Part shown: positions 19,601-24,087 of the stretch, piece by piece
How positions within the stretch are numbered: the first letter of the stretch is position 1
How the letters are laid out: every line of letters starts with the position of its first letter
Assembly: GCA_043750125.1 (NCBI GenBank)
Contig: JAYVCD010000184.1
Coordinates: forward strand, 1-30,153
Length of the DNA: 30,153 nt
Reading direction: 5' to 3'
Source: Archangiaceae bacterium
Lineage (GTDB): Bacteria; Myxococcota; Myxococcia; Myxococcales; Myxococcaceae
Made by a program: the position numbers and the translations under genes
The notes under the pieces: generated by a model
Databases searched by the model: none
The model's input: the letters and a program-made list of their open reading frames with translations, nothing else
What the model was told of the DNA's origin: nothing

Positions 19601-19936
19601 GCGCTCGACACCGAACGGCGCGCGCTCGAGAAGGCGTTGACCGACCAGGCCCGCACTGCGCTGGCCCGCATCACCAAGGAATACGTGAAGCAAGCCACCC
19701 CCAATGACCTGCGCAACTACCTCGAGGGCGCCGAGCTCACCGCGGTTAGAACCGGCCTGTTTGTCGCGGGCGAAATCGAGCCGGTGAAGAAGATGGTCAT
19801 GGGTGAGACCGGCACGATGTACCGCGTGCAGACCCGCTCGAAGATTCGCGACCTGATGGTTTTTGCGCTCTCGGAAGATCTGCACGCTTTGCGCGTTGCT
19901 GCAGGAATCAACGTCGAGGTCCAGCTGCGCAGGTAG
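7685..19936 (+). CDS. gltI: Giant cytoplasmic TPR gliding motility protein GltI (AgmK), 4083 aa
   Basis: Uninterrupted 12.2-kb ORF made of TPR-like repeats (AL..L..LY.....W.EL...L), no signal peptide; directly upstream of gltJ. Confidence 0.9.
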   Translation: MKHDPEKPFIEVEASLEKAGRVEELIRLYEARSREVPSADEAGHLLAMAGGLARERLKNLARAEELRRRALVYVPQSREALEGLKGLYEQRQDLPSLADVLERLAATLTGNAAAAVYLKAADLYEGKLNRRDRAVLCCQLAGRAAPQERQAFARARKILLAEGRFLPAFESLERERAVLGERELLEDYLAFAEMLADDPHQHELASRALARAFAIDEKNARAQAAQSSMSKLEHQWRDKVRTLRNQSLEERDRRTAARYSLQVARLYAFFDPGSAAKMKESLDRCFLLWPAMPDALGLIEQVAGKNEDYLPVIAAFTRLANEAKDKTAQVDLFLRVGTLQLTRLNDREGALASFERAATLDVSRADAVGLASELMIEVGRAPHGVALLDRHLGTLNEKSAKAVLHLRLADLATVVLKDEGLARKHLESAYQLEPGNAQAAFRLARVLADAGELDLLWPLAELAVSAPRPSGERVAFCEHLAMLFEEKGDLERAFVALSWALPLDPARGDLLETVAAAATASKAEATFALALRRAAQTAAPAAQIPLWRTLARLSQGPLARPPEALEQWAEVLNRVPDDVEATAAIAAIKKAISEQPQDVRAQLEAEARRLEASAADPAASAAVYKKILQLEPDNVGALKKLGGACASLSLWDEVASVAERLMALADLPVERQEWRSRLAQLYAERLNRKDEAARLYLNLLEQAVETATVIGGLERLASQGVRQAEISRALGPYYAKSGDYQRQVASLLVQLSSVQDREEQKGLLALLADTTEKRLLDVRQAFELRLRGVALDPADSTFRAESVRLAREQHAHAELARFLCDTASRVSEGPLATSLFEEAAEVAEEGGAIEDAGSALLAALERSPDDAAILSRLVGLYARARRWSDCDQALRRRILLAEGEEKVSLFVQLAEVNSELNRPRESAMSYTAAIVAGGDELKLLPKVAENLEASGRFAELSEVLARLIAAMENVGDKDGAAAVGVKRARLIETSLGDKAQAILHYADVLVKKPSDSDAIAALENLLLDPEHSEEAARGLLPAYEAVKDHRKLVHALTTIAAATRDAGEKLAALKRAGQIHTLHLRQPEQAFASMAQAIALAPGDAEIRASARSSAEEADMLDSYAEVLMELLETEVGPAAPALHRELAEIFEKKLNDQGLAVKHLHALRALEPKNTDALKSLQRLHRAREEWSELVAITERLASIEADPAEKNVLDREAALLSEQKLNDPERAAANWRQIAQRDALVKDAAAALDRLYTLVDRPNELAFALELRRNQEGQSPAGRELGFRLAQLRQNRLNDAPGALQLYRQILTEDAAHPGARDALEIWAQSDDPSSSIAMEALDPVLSQSGDHQRRIALREARYAAAPVAERARLSAEITAILERDLGQTQAAFMSALRAFTEGLDRESVQPELERLARETGSFEELAEIFETISSELEQGDPQQLTLLRRAAELREQLGETDDAVRVWQTLLEAEPQDRQALDSLGKLYEKSKNARSLSEVYARQAALAADPATRHQLFIKCAEAQESAGDEGEAIETWKAAFALKRTTQALMALDALYGRMRRFNEQADVLDQLAVATREIEPRKTFVLRRALLLEKEGHHLEALRGFSAVFELAPLEQTAIGGLERLLAVDAVRPEAARLLEPCYRKLNDHRKLVEILDVRLAVSDPSLRVTLLNEIAALREAVGQKPLAFAARLRSFTEDPEDADAREELERLCADLGAFEELAAAYEDQLERGSDDRLSEELWRRLAVLYGDRLERPDLAARAWNEVLARDPKNVFVLDALARLHRKTSSFKELSVVMRRQLGLETNLTAQVNLLYELANLAEETLTDKGLAAQCYAEIIERKPEDTNAIRFLGRVLSETERYPELATLMSREVQLAEARGATEEALELLVRLGRLKLTRLGDPRGALSQFQEVLRRKPAHAGAIGALEEMARSDNSLKGEAAATLEPVFAGEGEHLKLVQMLESRADAETNPQERVQLLRKVAEVYSVQMANPEMAFLAAARALRELPDDEKALELTLSLYGPADTHEEMMSLLGEIGPRASVDASRANIYRALARLQAQNDETDESVESWKRVLEMVPTDPEALDQVGALLGRQGRVPELIEVLKRQLAMAEDLNRRAALMFQIGVLQEEQLKDGVAALTTFRRLLELKPDEPAALERMDRLCEAQERWPEFADVLGKRLKVTQGDVQLQLKYRLGLVRETKLLDKPGALDLYTELLAHDARHSGALSRMEALVAREPQNLPAVEVLLRAFRAAGDMAKLSQLIEARVSVSPDGFERKTLLIELASARDVQDEPELAYLALWRAFKEDPNDSALRRKLENAAEAAKTWDELVGAYEEELPRIGDNADAADVCLKMGQLLEQRLGEPERAVEYFEKARELMPESGLKALPALDRLYSQLDNPQAQADVLEALSGMVREPQEKISLLFRLGQLSNDRLDSPDRAASAFERLIELDPKHLPSLRSLELLYDTAQTHDKLYKVLQTQRELVTGADRERLTGKMASVSSEGLSDVGHSIDLYRELLAKNPRNEQAFVALDTLLERAKRFDELKELLETKLKVTIDPRELVRLNERMGRVLFVHLARGEEAIPFFKAALERDARHKGALEALRDIFDAMGRKDDLVIILRRLIPLQEDAGGVKALRVRLAEVLALGGRREEALDAARRALEVEPHTIIDLEKVQAVFVQLKAWPDAVRALELKSLTYLEAEDREAAITALFQVVDLWRDAANKPESAGAALEKVLEIDPSSRSAYEQALKQYELVNDWRAYAQVMDRYLPHLVTEDEKVATLRELAKVQEQKLGQKDVAFLQLCRALQLHPQDPDIREEVERLAAETGSYEELAAVFEEVADALPRGPLAERMYLVLARVHDTQLDDLAAAESSLRKILEFDPTNAQALDELAAMFSRRGRDKEYIVALEQKLEAAPSIERRKEILREISRVFSERLEDPNEAVLALQRALELEPDAETLTTLVELQRKQGDHAAVASTLLRMRDIAGTPEERSRIQVDVAQLYERELQDDEAAIEGYRQALEFDPANLTALDSLEQLYTKLDRPAELLQVYERQLELTQDYRERVKTLFKSANIWEDRYQNLANADACVDAVLSIDPQNLQAIKTLERLRKAQGRWDELIGVVDRHIAMLSHPAEKAELCVEMGDIFHQQLKQVDRAVTAYHQALELDARCRPAMHALGMLYERSGNWPFALDMLEREAQAAGSTPEAVELYHRMGKINEDMLIDPASAKRCYQEALKIDPAYLPCIRALKGIYEIEKDFDSYEKALVEEAKQTEEPTAKSRAMLEVARYYADNKDDKETAAGYFEESLRLVPDSLEAARPLADIYIAKENWDLGESMLGIVTRQMSQQAAMQPDDQDLTRELCRQFYRLGYVGEKLGKKDRALAAFEQAYQLDATYLPALEGLGHLLVHHKRYDDALKVYQTILIHHREDLTDLEIVEIYWTLGDVHFQQRQFDRAENHFEKALAIDPGHEPSLRSQLVISEAASKWEKAAEYSQRLIQVLDGEQRFEVALALGKLARDKLSDAYMAIDAYLAAHRIKADALEVLDALYVLYRETKQGAKASEMLEKMLAEPSLRNEPNKAKRVYFALGEISRDELMDLEKAEGAFNQALDVDFRFIEAFSALEAMLGKAKQWKKLDDNYKRMIQRLPKTEDTHAARMTLWKALGDLYLKVLKAPEAAVEVYKVVAHGLPENTEVQEAFAELASHQPGYEEAAVDAWRRALPMTSNPGKVVSALAELAARRKDYDSAWLAAQVVAGLIGEAGASEREILTKLGPYAKKKEVASRALTDRLWQSHLFHPKVRGPLSELMAILYEQVGHLFKEDFPRYQLNPKRHLVDVNAAQEYQIHHYKYVARLLGMETVALYSPFLIITRERMAKKTAEPAPEPNVAIEICHTHPACLKVGGKFFSETGQKEVYYMLGRSMALLRPELALSQRLSAERLEAVFQAALSLSVDRFRFTADPRALDTERRALEKALTDQARTALARITKEYVKQATPNDLRNYLEGAELTAVRTGLFVAGEIEPVKKMVMGETGTMYRVQTRSKIRDLMVFALSEDLHALRVAAGINVEVQLRR

Positions 19937-20000
19937 GAGCTGCACCTTCACGTCGCAGTCCCCCGCCGGAACCTGATCGACGGAAGTGGCGTCCGTTCAC

Positions 20001-20029
20001 TTGACCCCCTCGTAATGCACCCTTAGGCT
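20001..20029 (+). promoter_or_regulatory. Putative sigma70 (SigA-type) promoter for gltJ
   Basis: TTGACC (20001-20006), exactly 17 nt, TAGGCT (20024-20029), ending 47 nt before the ATG at 20077. Confidence 0.6.
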
Positions 20030-20076
20030 TTTTGCTTTAGCCCCCGCCCCGTTCGCCGTACCGGCCCCAAGAAACC

Positions 20077-22215
20077 ATGCGCTTCGTATGTGAGAGCTGC
20101 CGCGCGCAGTACATGATCAATGACGAGAAGGTTGGCCCCAAGGGGGTCAAGGTGCGTTGCCGCAAATGCGGCTACGTGATCCTCGTCAAGCGCGGCGCCG
20201 ACGCCCAGGCCAAAGGGCCCGTGGCTTCCGCCGGAGCAGATCCGGACGACGCACTGGCGACCCAGATCTTGCAGTCGCCTCTGGCCCCTGCTCCGCGTGC
20301 TGCGGCGAGGACCATGACGGGTGACACGATGGCCGACCTGACCAACCCCGGTATTCCTGAGGGGAAAATGCAGCAAGGAGATCCGCGCGACTCGCTGTTG
20401 GGCGATGCTGGCGACGACGAAATCGGTGCGGTGTTCGATCAGGTCCTCAACTCCGGCTCGCATTCGATTCCGAAAGACGCGATCGGCAACGCCGAAGACC
20501 GGCGCACCGAGGTGCACAACGCCGTCAACGGTTCGGCGCTCGGCGACGATGACGATGATCGGATGAGCACCCGGGTGATCGACGCCGAGGTGGTTCGCAA
20601 GCTGGCTCAAGAGACGGGCGACAAGCTGGGCGACAAATCCGCCGCCTGGGGTGCCAAGCCGGAAAAGAACGGTCACCCCGTCGAGGGTGAGGTTCCGCAG
20701 AACGATTGGTTCGTCGCGATTGACGAAAAGCAGACCGGTCCGCTCACGCTCGAGAAAGTAAAAGAGCACTGGGACCGCGGTGAGATTGGCCCGGACTCGC
20801 TGTGCTGGAGGGCGGGCTTCACCGACTGGGTTCCCTTGTCGGACGTAGCCCAGCTGGCCTCGGTGTTGGCGCCCCGTCCTGCGAGCAAGCCGATCGTGAT
20901 GAACGCGCTGAGCGGCGCTTCGGTGGTCAGCATTCCCGTCGAGTCGGCGTTCTCGGCAGGCGGAGTGATGAAGAGCGTCCGCAGCGAAGTCCAGGTTCCG
21001 ATGGCTGCGAGCGCCAGGCCCGAAGAGACGGGCTCCTGGCGCCCCTCGACTTCGCTTGGATCCCTGGTGCAGGACGAGATGGCGGCTCTCTCTCGACCGG
21101 GGGCCCGGATCACGGACGAGCCGATCGGACCTTCCGAGCCTTCGATGGGCGGGCTGTTGGATCTTCCGTCGCCCGATGAGAAGCCGCATTCCAACGGCCG
21201 CGGCAACGGTCACGCCGGCGCTTCCGTGGACCACGGGGCTCAGGTTCCTTCTCCGCGCAACAGTCGGCCTCCCGCGCCCGCGCCGGCTCCTGCCAACCCG
21301 TACGTCGCCACTCCTGGCGCGACTTATTCTTCGCCGGGCATCACCCAGTACCGTCCGGACAAAGACCGCAGCGGCACGATGATCTGGATCGCAGTGGGTG
21401 TCGGCGGGCTGGTGGTCGCGACGCTGCTGGGTCTGGTCATCTGGCTTGCCGTGGCAGGTCGTCAGCCAGCACCGGTCGCCCAGGTTCCCGCGCCGGTTCC
21501 GGTGGCGGTCGCTCAGGCTCCGGTTCAGATGCAGCCGGCTCCTCTTCAACCTGCGCCCGTTCCGGTTGGACAGCCGCCGGTCGCCGCGGCAGTGGCGCCC
21601 GCAGCCCAGCCAACCCCCGCTCAGCCGTCGGGCCCGCTGCCCCCCAACAGCAAGCCTCAGCCGCTGCCGCCCAGGGGCGGGGCGCCGATGCATGCGGCCA
21701 ATTCAAACCCGAGCGGAACGAAAGTCGCTTCGGCCACTCCAGTTGAAAAGCCCGAGAAGGCAGCCCCCGCTGAGAAGCAGAAGGCGTCCCCCAAGGACGA
21801 AGGCGATGACTTCGACAAGGCTTTTGGAAGTGGGGATTCGGCGAAGGACACCCCGAAGTCGGCGGCCCCCGAGAAGAAGAAGTCGGGGCCGTACATTCCG
21901 CCGGCGCCCGGCGCTGCGAGCAATGACGTCAAAGAGTCGTTGGGCCAGGCCGACGTGTTTGAAGTGGTCAGTGGCTACAAGCCTGCGTTGGCCAAATGCG
22001 TTGAAGAGCAGCGCAAGAAAGAGCCGGGCGTGACTGGGAAGCTGGTGATGAAGTGGAACATTCAGACCAGTGGCAAGACCTCAAATGTCTCGGTTCAGTC
22101 CGACGAGTTCAAAGCGACGTACATGGCGGGTTGTGTCGGAGGGTTGATCAAGAGTTGGACCTTCCCCAAACACAAAGTCGCCGGCGATCCGATCGTTTTT
22201 CCGTTCAAGTTCTAG
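20077..22215 (+). CDS. gltJ: Gliding motility protein GltJ (AgmX): zinc ribbon, GYF_2 domain, TM, Pro-rich linker, TonB-C-like domain
   Basis: N-terminal CESC...VRCRKCG (MJ0042-type zinc ribbon); WFVAIDEKQTGPL...SLCWRAGFTDWVPL (GYF_2); TM IWIAVGVGGLVVATLLGLVIWLAV; C-terminal KCVEEQ...CV...W.FP...FPFKF. Confidence 0.93.
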   Translation: MRFVCESCRAQYMINDEKVGPKGVKVRCRKCGYVILVKRGADAQAKGPVASAGADPDDALATQILQSPLAPAPRAAARTMTGDTMADLTNPGIPEGKMQQGDPRDSLLGDAGDDEIGAVFDQVLNSGSHSIPKDAIGNAEDRRTEVHNAVNGSALGDDDDDRMSTRVIDAEVVRKLAQETGDKLGDKSAAWGAKPEKNGHPVEGEVPQNDWFVAIDEKQTGPLTLEKVKEHWDRGEIGPDSLCWRAGFTDWVPLSDVAQLASVLAPRPASKPIVMNALSGASVVSIPVESAFSAGGVMKSVRSEVQVPMAASARPEETGSWRPSTSLGSLVQDEMAALSRPGARITDEPIGPSEPSMGGLLDLPSPDEKPHSNGRGNGHAGASVDHGAQVPSPRNSRPPAPAPAPANPYVATPGATYSSPGITQYRPDKDRSGTMIWIAVGVGGLVVATLLGLVIWLAVAGRQPAPVAQVPAPVPVAVAQAPVQMQPAPLQPAPVPVGQPPVAAAVAPAAQPTPAQPSGPLPPNSKPQPLPPRGGAPMHAANSNPSGTKVASATPVEKPEKAAPAEKQKASPKDEGDDFDKAFGSGDSAKDTPKSAAPEKKKSGPYIPPAPGAASNDVKESLGQADVFEVVSGYKPALAKCVEEQRKKEPGVTGKLVMKWNIQTSGKTSNVSVQSDEFKATYMAGCVGGLIKSWTFPKHKVAGDPIVFPFKF

Positions 22216-22222
22216 GTTTCAG

Positions 22223-22244
22223 CCGCTCCATTTTTGGGGAGCGG
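22223..22244 (+). terminator. Hairpin just downstream of gltJ (possible terminator or 3' stabiliser; no U-tract)
   Basis: CCGCTCC, 8-nt loop, GGAGCGG, starting 8 nt after the gltJ stop. Confidence 0.35.
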
Positions 22245-22383
22245 ACCCGGACTCGCCGTCCGTGCTGATTTTGCGGCGCGACCTCCGCCTTTGCGTTTGG
22301 GAACAATCGCGACGGCTGCGCCGCAATGCCCCGGTGGACAGCCGCACTCCACTCGCCAACCGCTTGAAGTTGAAGGCTTTGGG

Positions 22384-22399
22384 TGGCGCGTGGCTTGCT
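22384..22399 (+). promoter_or_regulatory. Putative sigma54 (-24/-12) promoter
   Basis: TGGCGCG-TGGC-TTGCT: GG-N10-GC spacing, one mismatch to TGGCACG-N4-TTGCW, about 90 nt upstream of the lipoprotein ATG. Confidence 0.6.
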
Positions 22400-22410
22400 G
22401 GTGCCGGTGC

Positions 22411-22424
22411 GTCAACTTGTTGAC
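22411..22424. promoter_or_regulatory. Palindromic operator-like site
   Basis: GTCAAC-TT-GTTGAC, a perfect inverted repeat in the intergenic region; overlaps a TTGACT hexamer. Confidence 0.45.
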
Positions 22425-22487
22425 TGTTTGGTCGCCACCATTAAAACGGCGCTGTCGTCCCACCTGAATTGAGGGGTTCCACCAATC

Positions 22488-23492
22488 ATGAAATTGAAAT
22501 TTGCTGGGGTCGTGGCCACTGCGGCGTTTGCGGTCGCGCTGGCGGGCTGTGGAAGTTCGAGCACTGGAGGGACGGGCGGCGGCGGTGGTTCGTCCGGGTT
22601 CTGTACCAGCACGTCCTGCAGCGCAGGGCAGACCTGTCACCCTTCATCCAAGACGTGCGTGAAGACATGCAGCGCCAGCACCGAGTGCACGGCCGAGGCG
22701 AAGACCTGTGCTGCGGCGGTGGGTGGCACGGCCGGCGCGGACGGCGGAATCGTAGCGGTCTGCAGCTGCTCGACAAATGAGCTGTGCAGCGGCTCGAGCG
22801 GCGTCACTGGAAACATCTGCAGCACGGTGGACAAGGTTTGCACTTCGAAGTGCACCTCGAATACCGACTGCCCCAACAACCGGACTTGCGACACGGCGAC
22901 CGGCCAGTGCGGCACGGCCGGTGGCAACGACGCAGGAACTGCCTGCACGCGCGGCAGCTGTTCGATCACCCAGGTCTGCAACTTCCAGAGCGGCGTCTGC
23001 GAGGCCCCGAAGGCGTGCGTCGCGGGCAATGTACAGCCGGACGTGTGCGGCTATGGCCAGGTCTGCGGCACGGCGAGCTGCGGAGAAGTGGTGGTCGGCA
23101 CTTGCGCGAACTTCATGCCGGGCAGCAACCCCCTGCTGTGGAACCCGAAAACCTCGACTGGCCCGGTCATTTACTCAATCTCGAAGGTCAGCTTCGGAAT
23201 GGACATGACCTTCTGCGGCGCTACAGCTCCCATGCGGGCGAAGATCCACGTCAAAGCGTACGCGAACAGCACGGTGCTGATCTCTGAGACCAATCAGCCG
23301 TCGCTCAATTACGTGCGCACGGACGGCAACCAGATCGCGGTCGGTGCGACGCAGATCCAAAACTACACCTCGTCGGGCGGTGGCAAAGCGGCAGAGTTCG
23401 ACGTGAACTTTTGCGCTGCCTCGACCATCACTTCGCTGACGGTGGGCCTCTATTACACGACGGGCAACGCAGCGTGCTTCACGGCCAACTGA
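22488..23492 (+). CDS. Cys-rich lipoprotein (six 4-Cys modules plus a C-terminal beta-rich domain)
   Basis: GAGGGG SD; lipoprotein signal MKLKFAGVVATAAFAVALAG|C; Gly/Ser tether; 28 further cysteines. Confidence 0.85.
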   Translation: MKLKFAGVVATAAFAVALAGCGSSSTGGTGGGGGSSGFCTSTSCSAGQTCHPSSKTCVKTCSASTECTAEAKTCAAAVGGTAGADGGIVAVCSCSTNELCSGSSGVTGNICSTVDKVCTSKCTSNTDCPNNRTCDTATGQCGTAGGNDAGTACTRGSCSITQVCNFQSGVCEAPKACVAGNVQPDVCGYGQVCGTASCGEVVVGTCANFMPGSNPLLWNPKTSTGPVIYSISKVSFGMDMTFCGATAPMRAKIHVKAYANSTVLISETNQPSLNYVRTDGNQIAVGATQIQNYTSSGGGKAAEFDVNFCAASTITSLTVGLYYTTGNAACFTAN

Positions 23493-23554
23493 ATACGCAC
23501 TGGCTGGCAACCGTCTTGAAACACACGCAAATACACCCTTTTCAGGAGCTCAAA

Positions 23555-24004
23555 ATGAAGAAACTCGGACTTGCAGCATTGTTGGTGTCGGGCCTGGCGA
23601 TGGCCGCTGATGTGAACCCGCCGCAGCTGGGAAGCACCGTGAAGCTCGATTGCGCGGCAGGCAGCAAGCAGATGAGCGAAGGGGAAGGCATCTTCTGTAA
23701 TCGCGGCGGAGCCCTGGGCAGCGAGCGGCTCGTCGGGCCGTACGTCGGCCTGAACAAGAACGGAACGGTGCACGCGCGGGGTCAGTACATCGAAAGTGGT
23801 CGTACCGGCCACTGGGTGTTCTTCAATGAGAAGGGCGTCAAGACGCACGAAATCGACTTCAAGAACGACAACTTCGATGGGCAGCGAGTCGAGTTTCACC
23901 CCAATGGACAGAAGAAGGCGGTCGAGCAGTACGCGCGCGGAGTGATGACGGCTCCGGTGCTGACGTTCGATGAGCTCGGAGCACCGGTCACGTACACGAA
24001 GTAA
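23555..24004 (+). CDS. Secreted MORN-variant repeat (YwqK-like) protein, 149 aa
   Basis: AGGAG SD at 23544-23548 then ATG 23555. Signal peptide MKKLGLAALLVSGLAMA|A; repeats GPYVGLNKNGTVHARGQY, GHWVFFNEKGVKTHEIDF, GQRVEFHPNGQKKAVEQY. Confidence 0.8.
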   Translation: MKKLGLAALLVSGLAMAADVNPPQLGSTVKLDCAAGSKQMSEGEGIFCNRGGALGSERLVGPYVGLNKNGTVHARGQYIESGRTGHWVFFNEKGVKTHEIDFKNDNFDGQRVEFHPNGQKKAVEQYARGVMTAPVLTFDELGAPVTYTK

Positions 24005-24026
24005 TTTGGTTCAATCGGTGTGCATC

Positions 24027-24063
24027 GCGGCCAGGGCTCGAAAGGGCTCTGGCCGTTGTGTTC
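24027..24063 (+). terminator. Intrinsic terminator-like hairpin after the MORN gene
   Basis: CGGCCAGGGCTC-GAAA-GGGCTCTGGCCG: 12-bp stem with two G-U pairs and a GNRA tetraloop, followed by TTGTGTTC. Confidence 0.6.
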
Positions 24064-24087
24064 GTGGGGTGTAAAACGCTGGAAGCC

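Noticed and set aside
7583-19951. Several long minus-strand ORFs (512, 671, 467, 806 aa and others) opposite gltI
   Set aside because: Expected from stop-codon scarcity on the antisense strand of GC-rich genes; no motifs, and composition mirrors sense codons.
20023-21693. 556-aa minus-strand ORF opposite gltJ
   Set aside because: Arg-rich shadow ORF with no domain signal.
22234-22467. 77-aa Cys-containing ORF between gltJ and the lipoprotein
   Set aside because: Its TTG start lies inside a hairpin loop with no SD, codon use is atypical, and it overlaps the promoter motifs.
23411-23554. N-terminal extension of the MORN ORF in the ORF track
   Set aside because: Overlaps the upstream gene; the SD and signal peptide point to ATG 23555.
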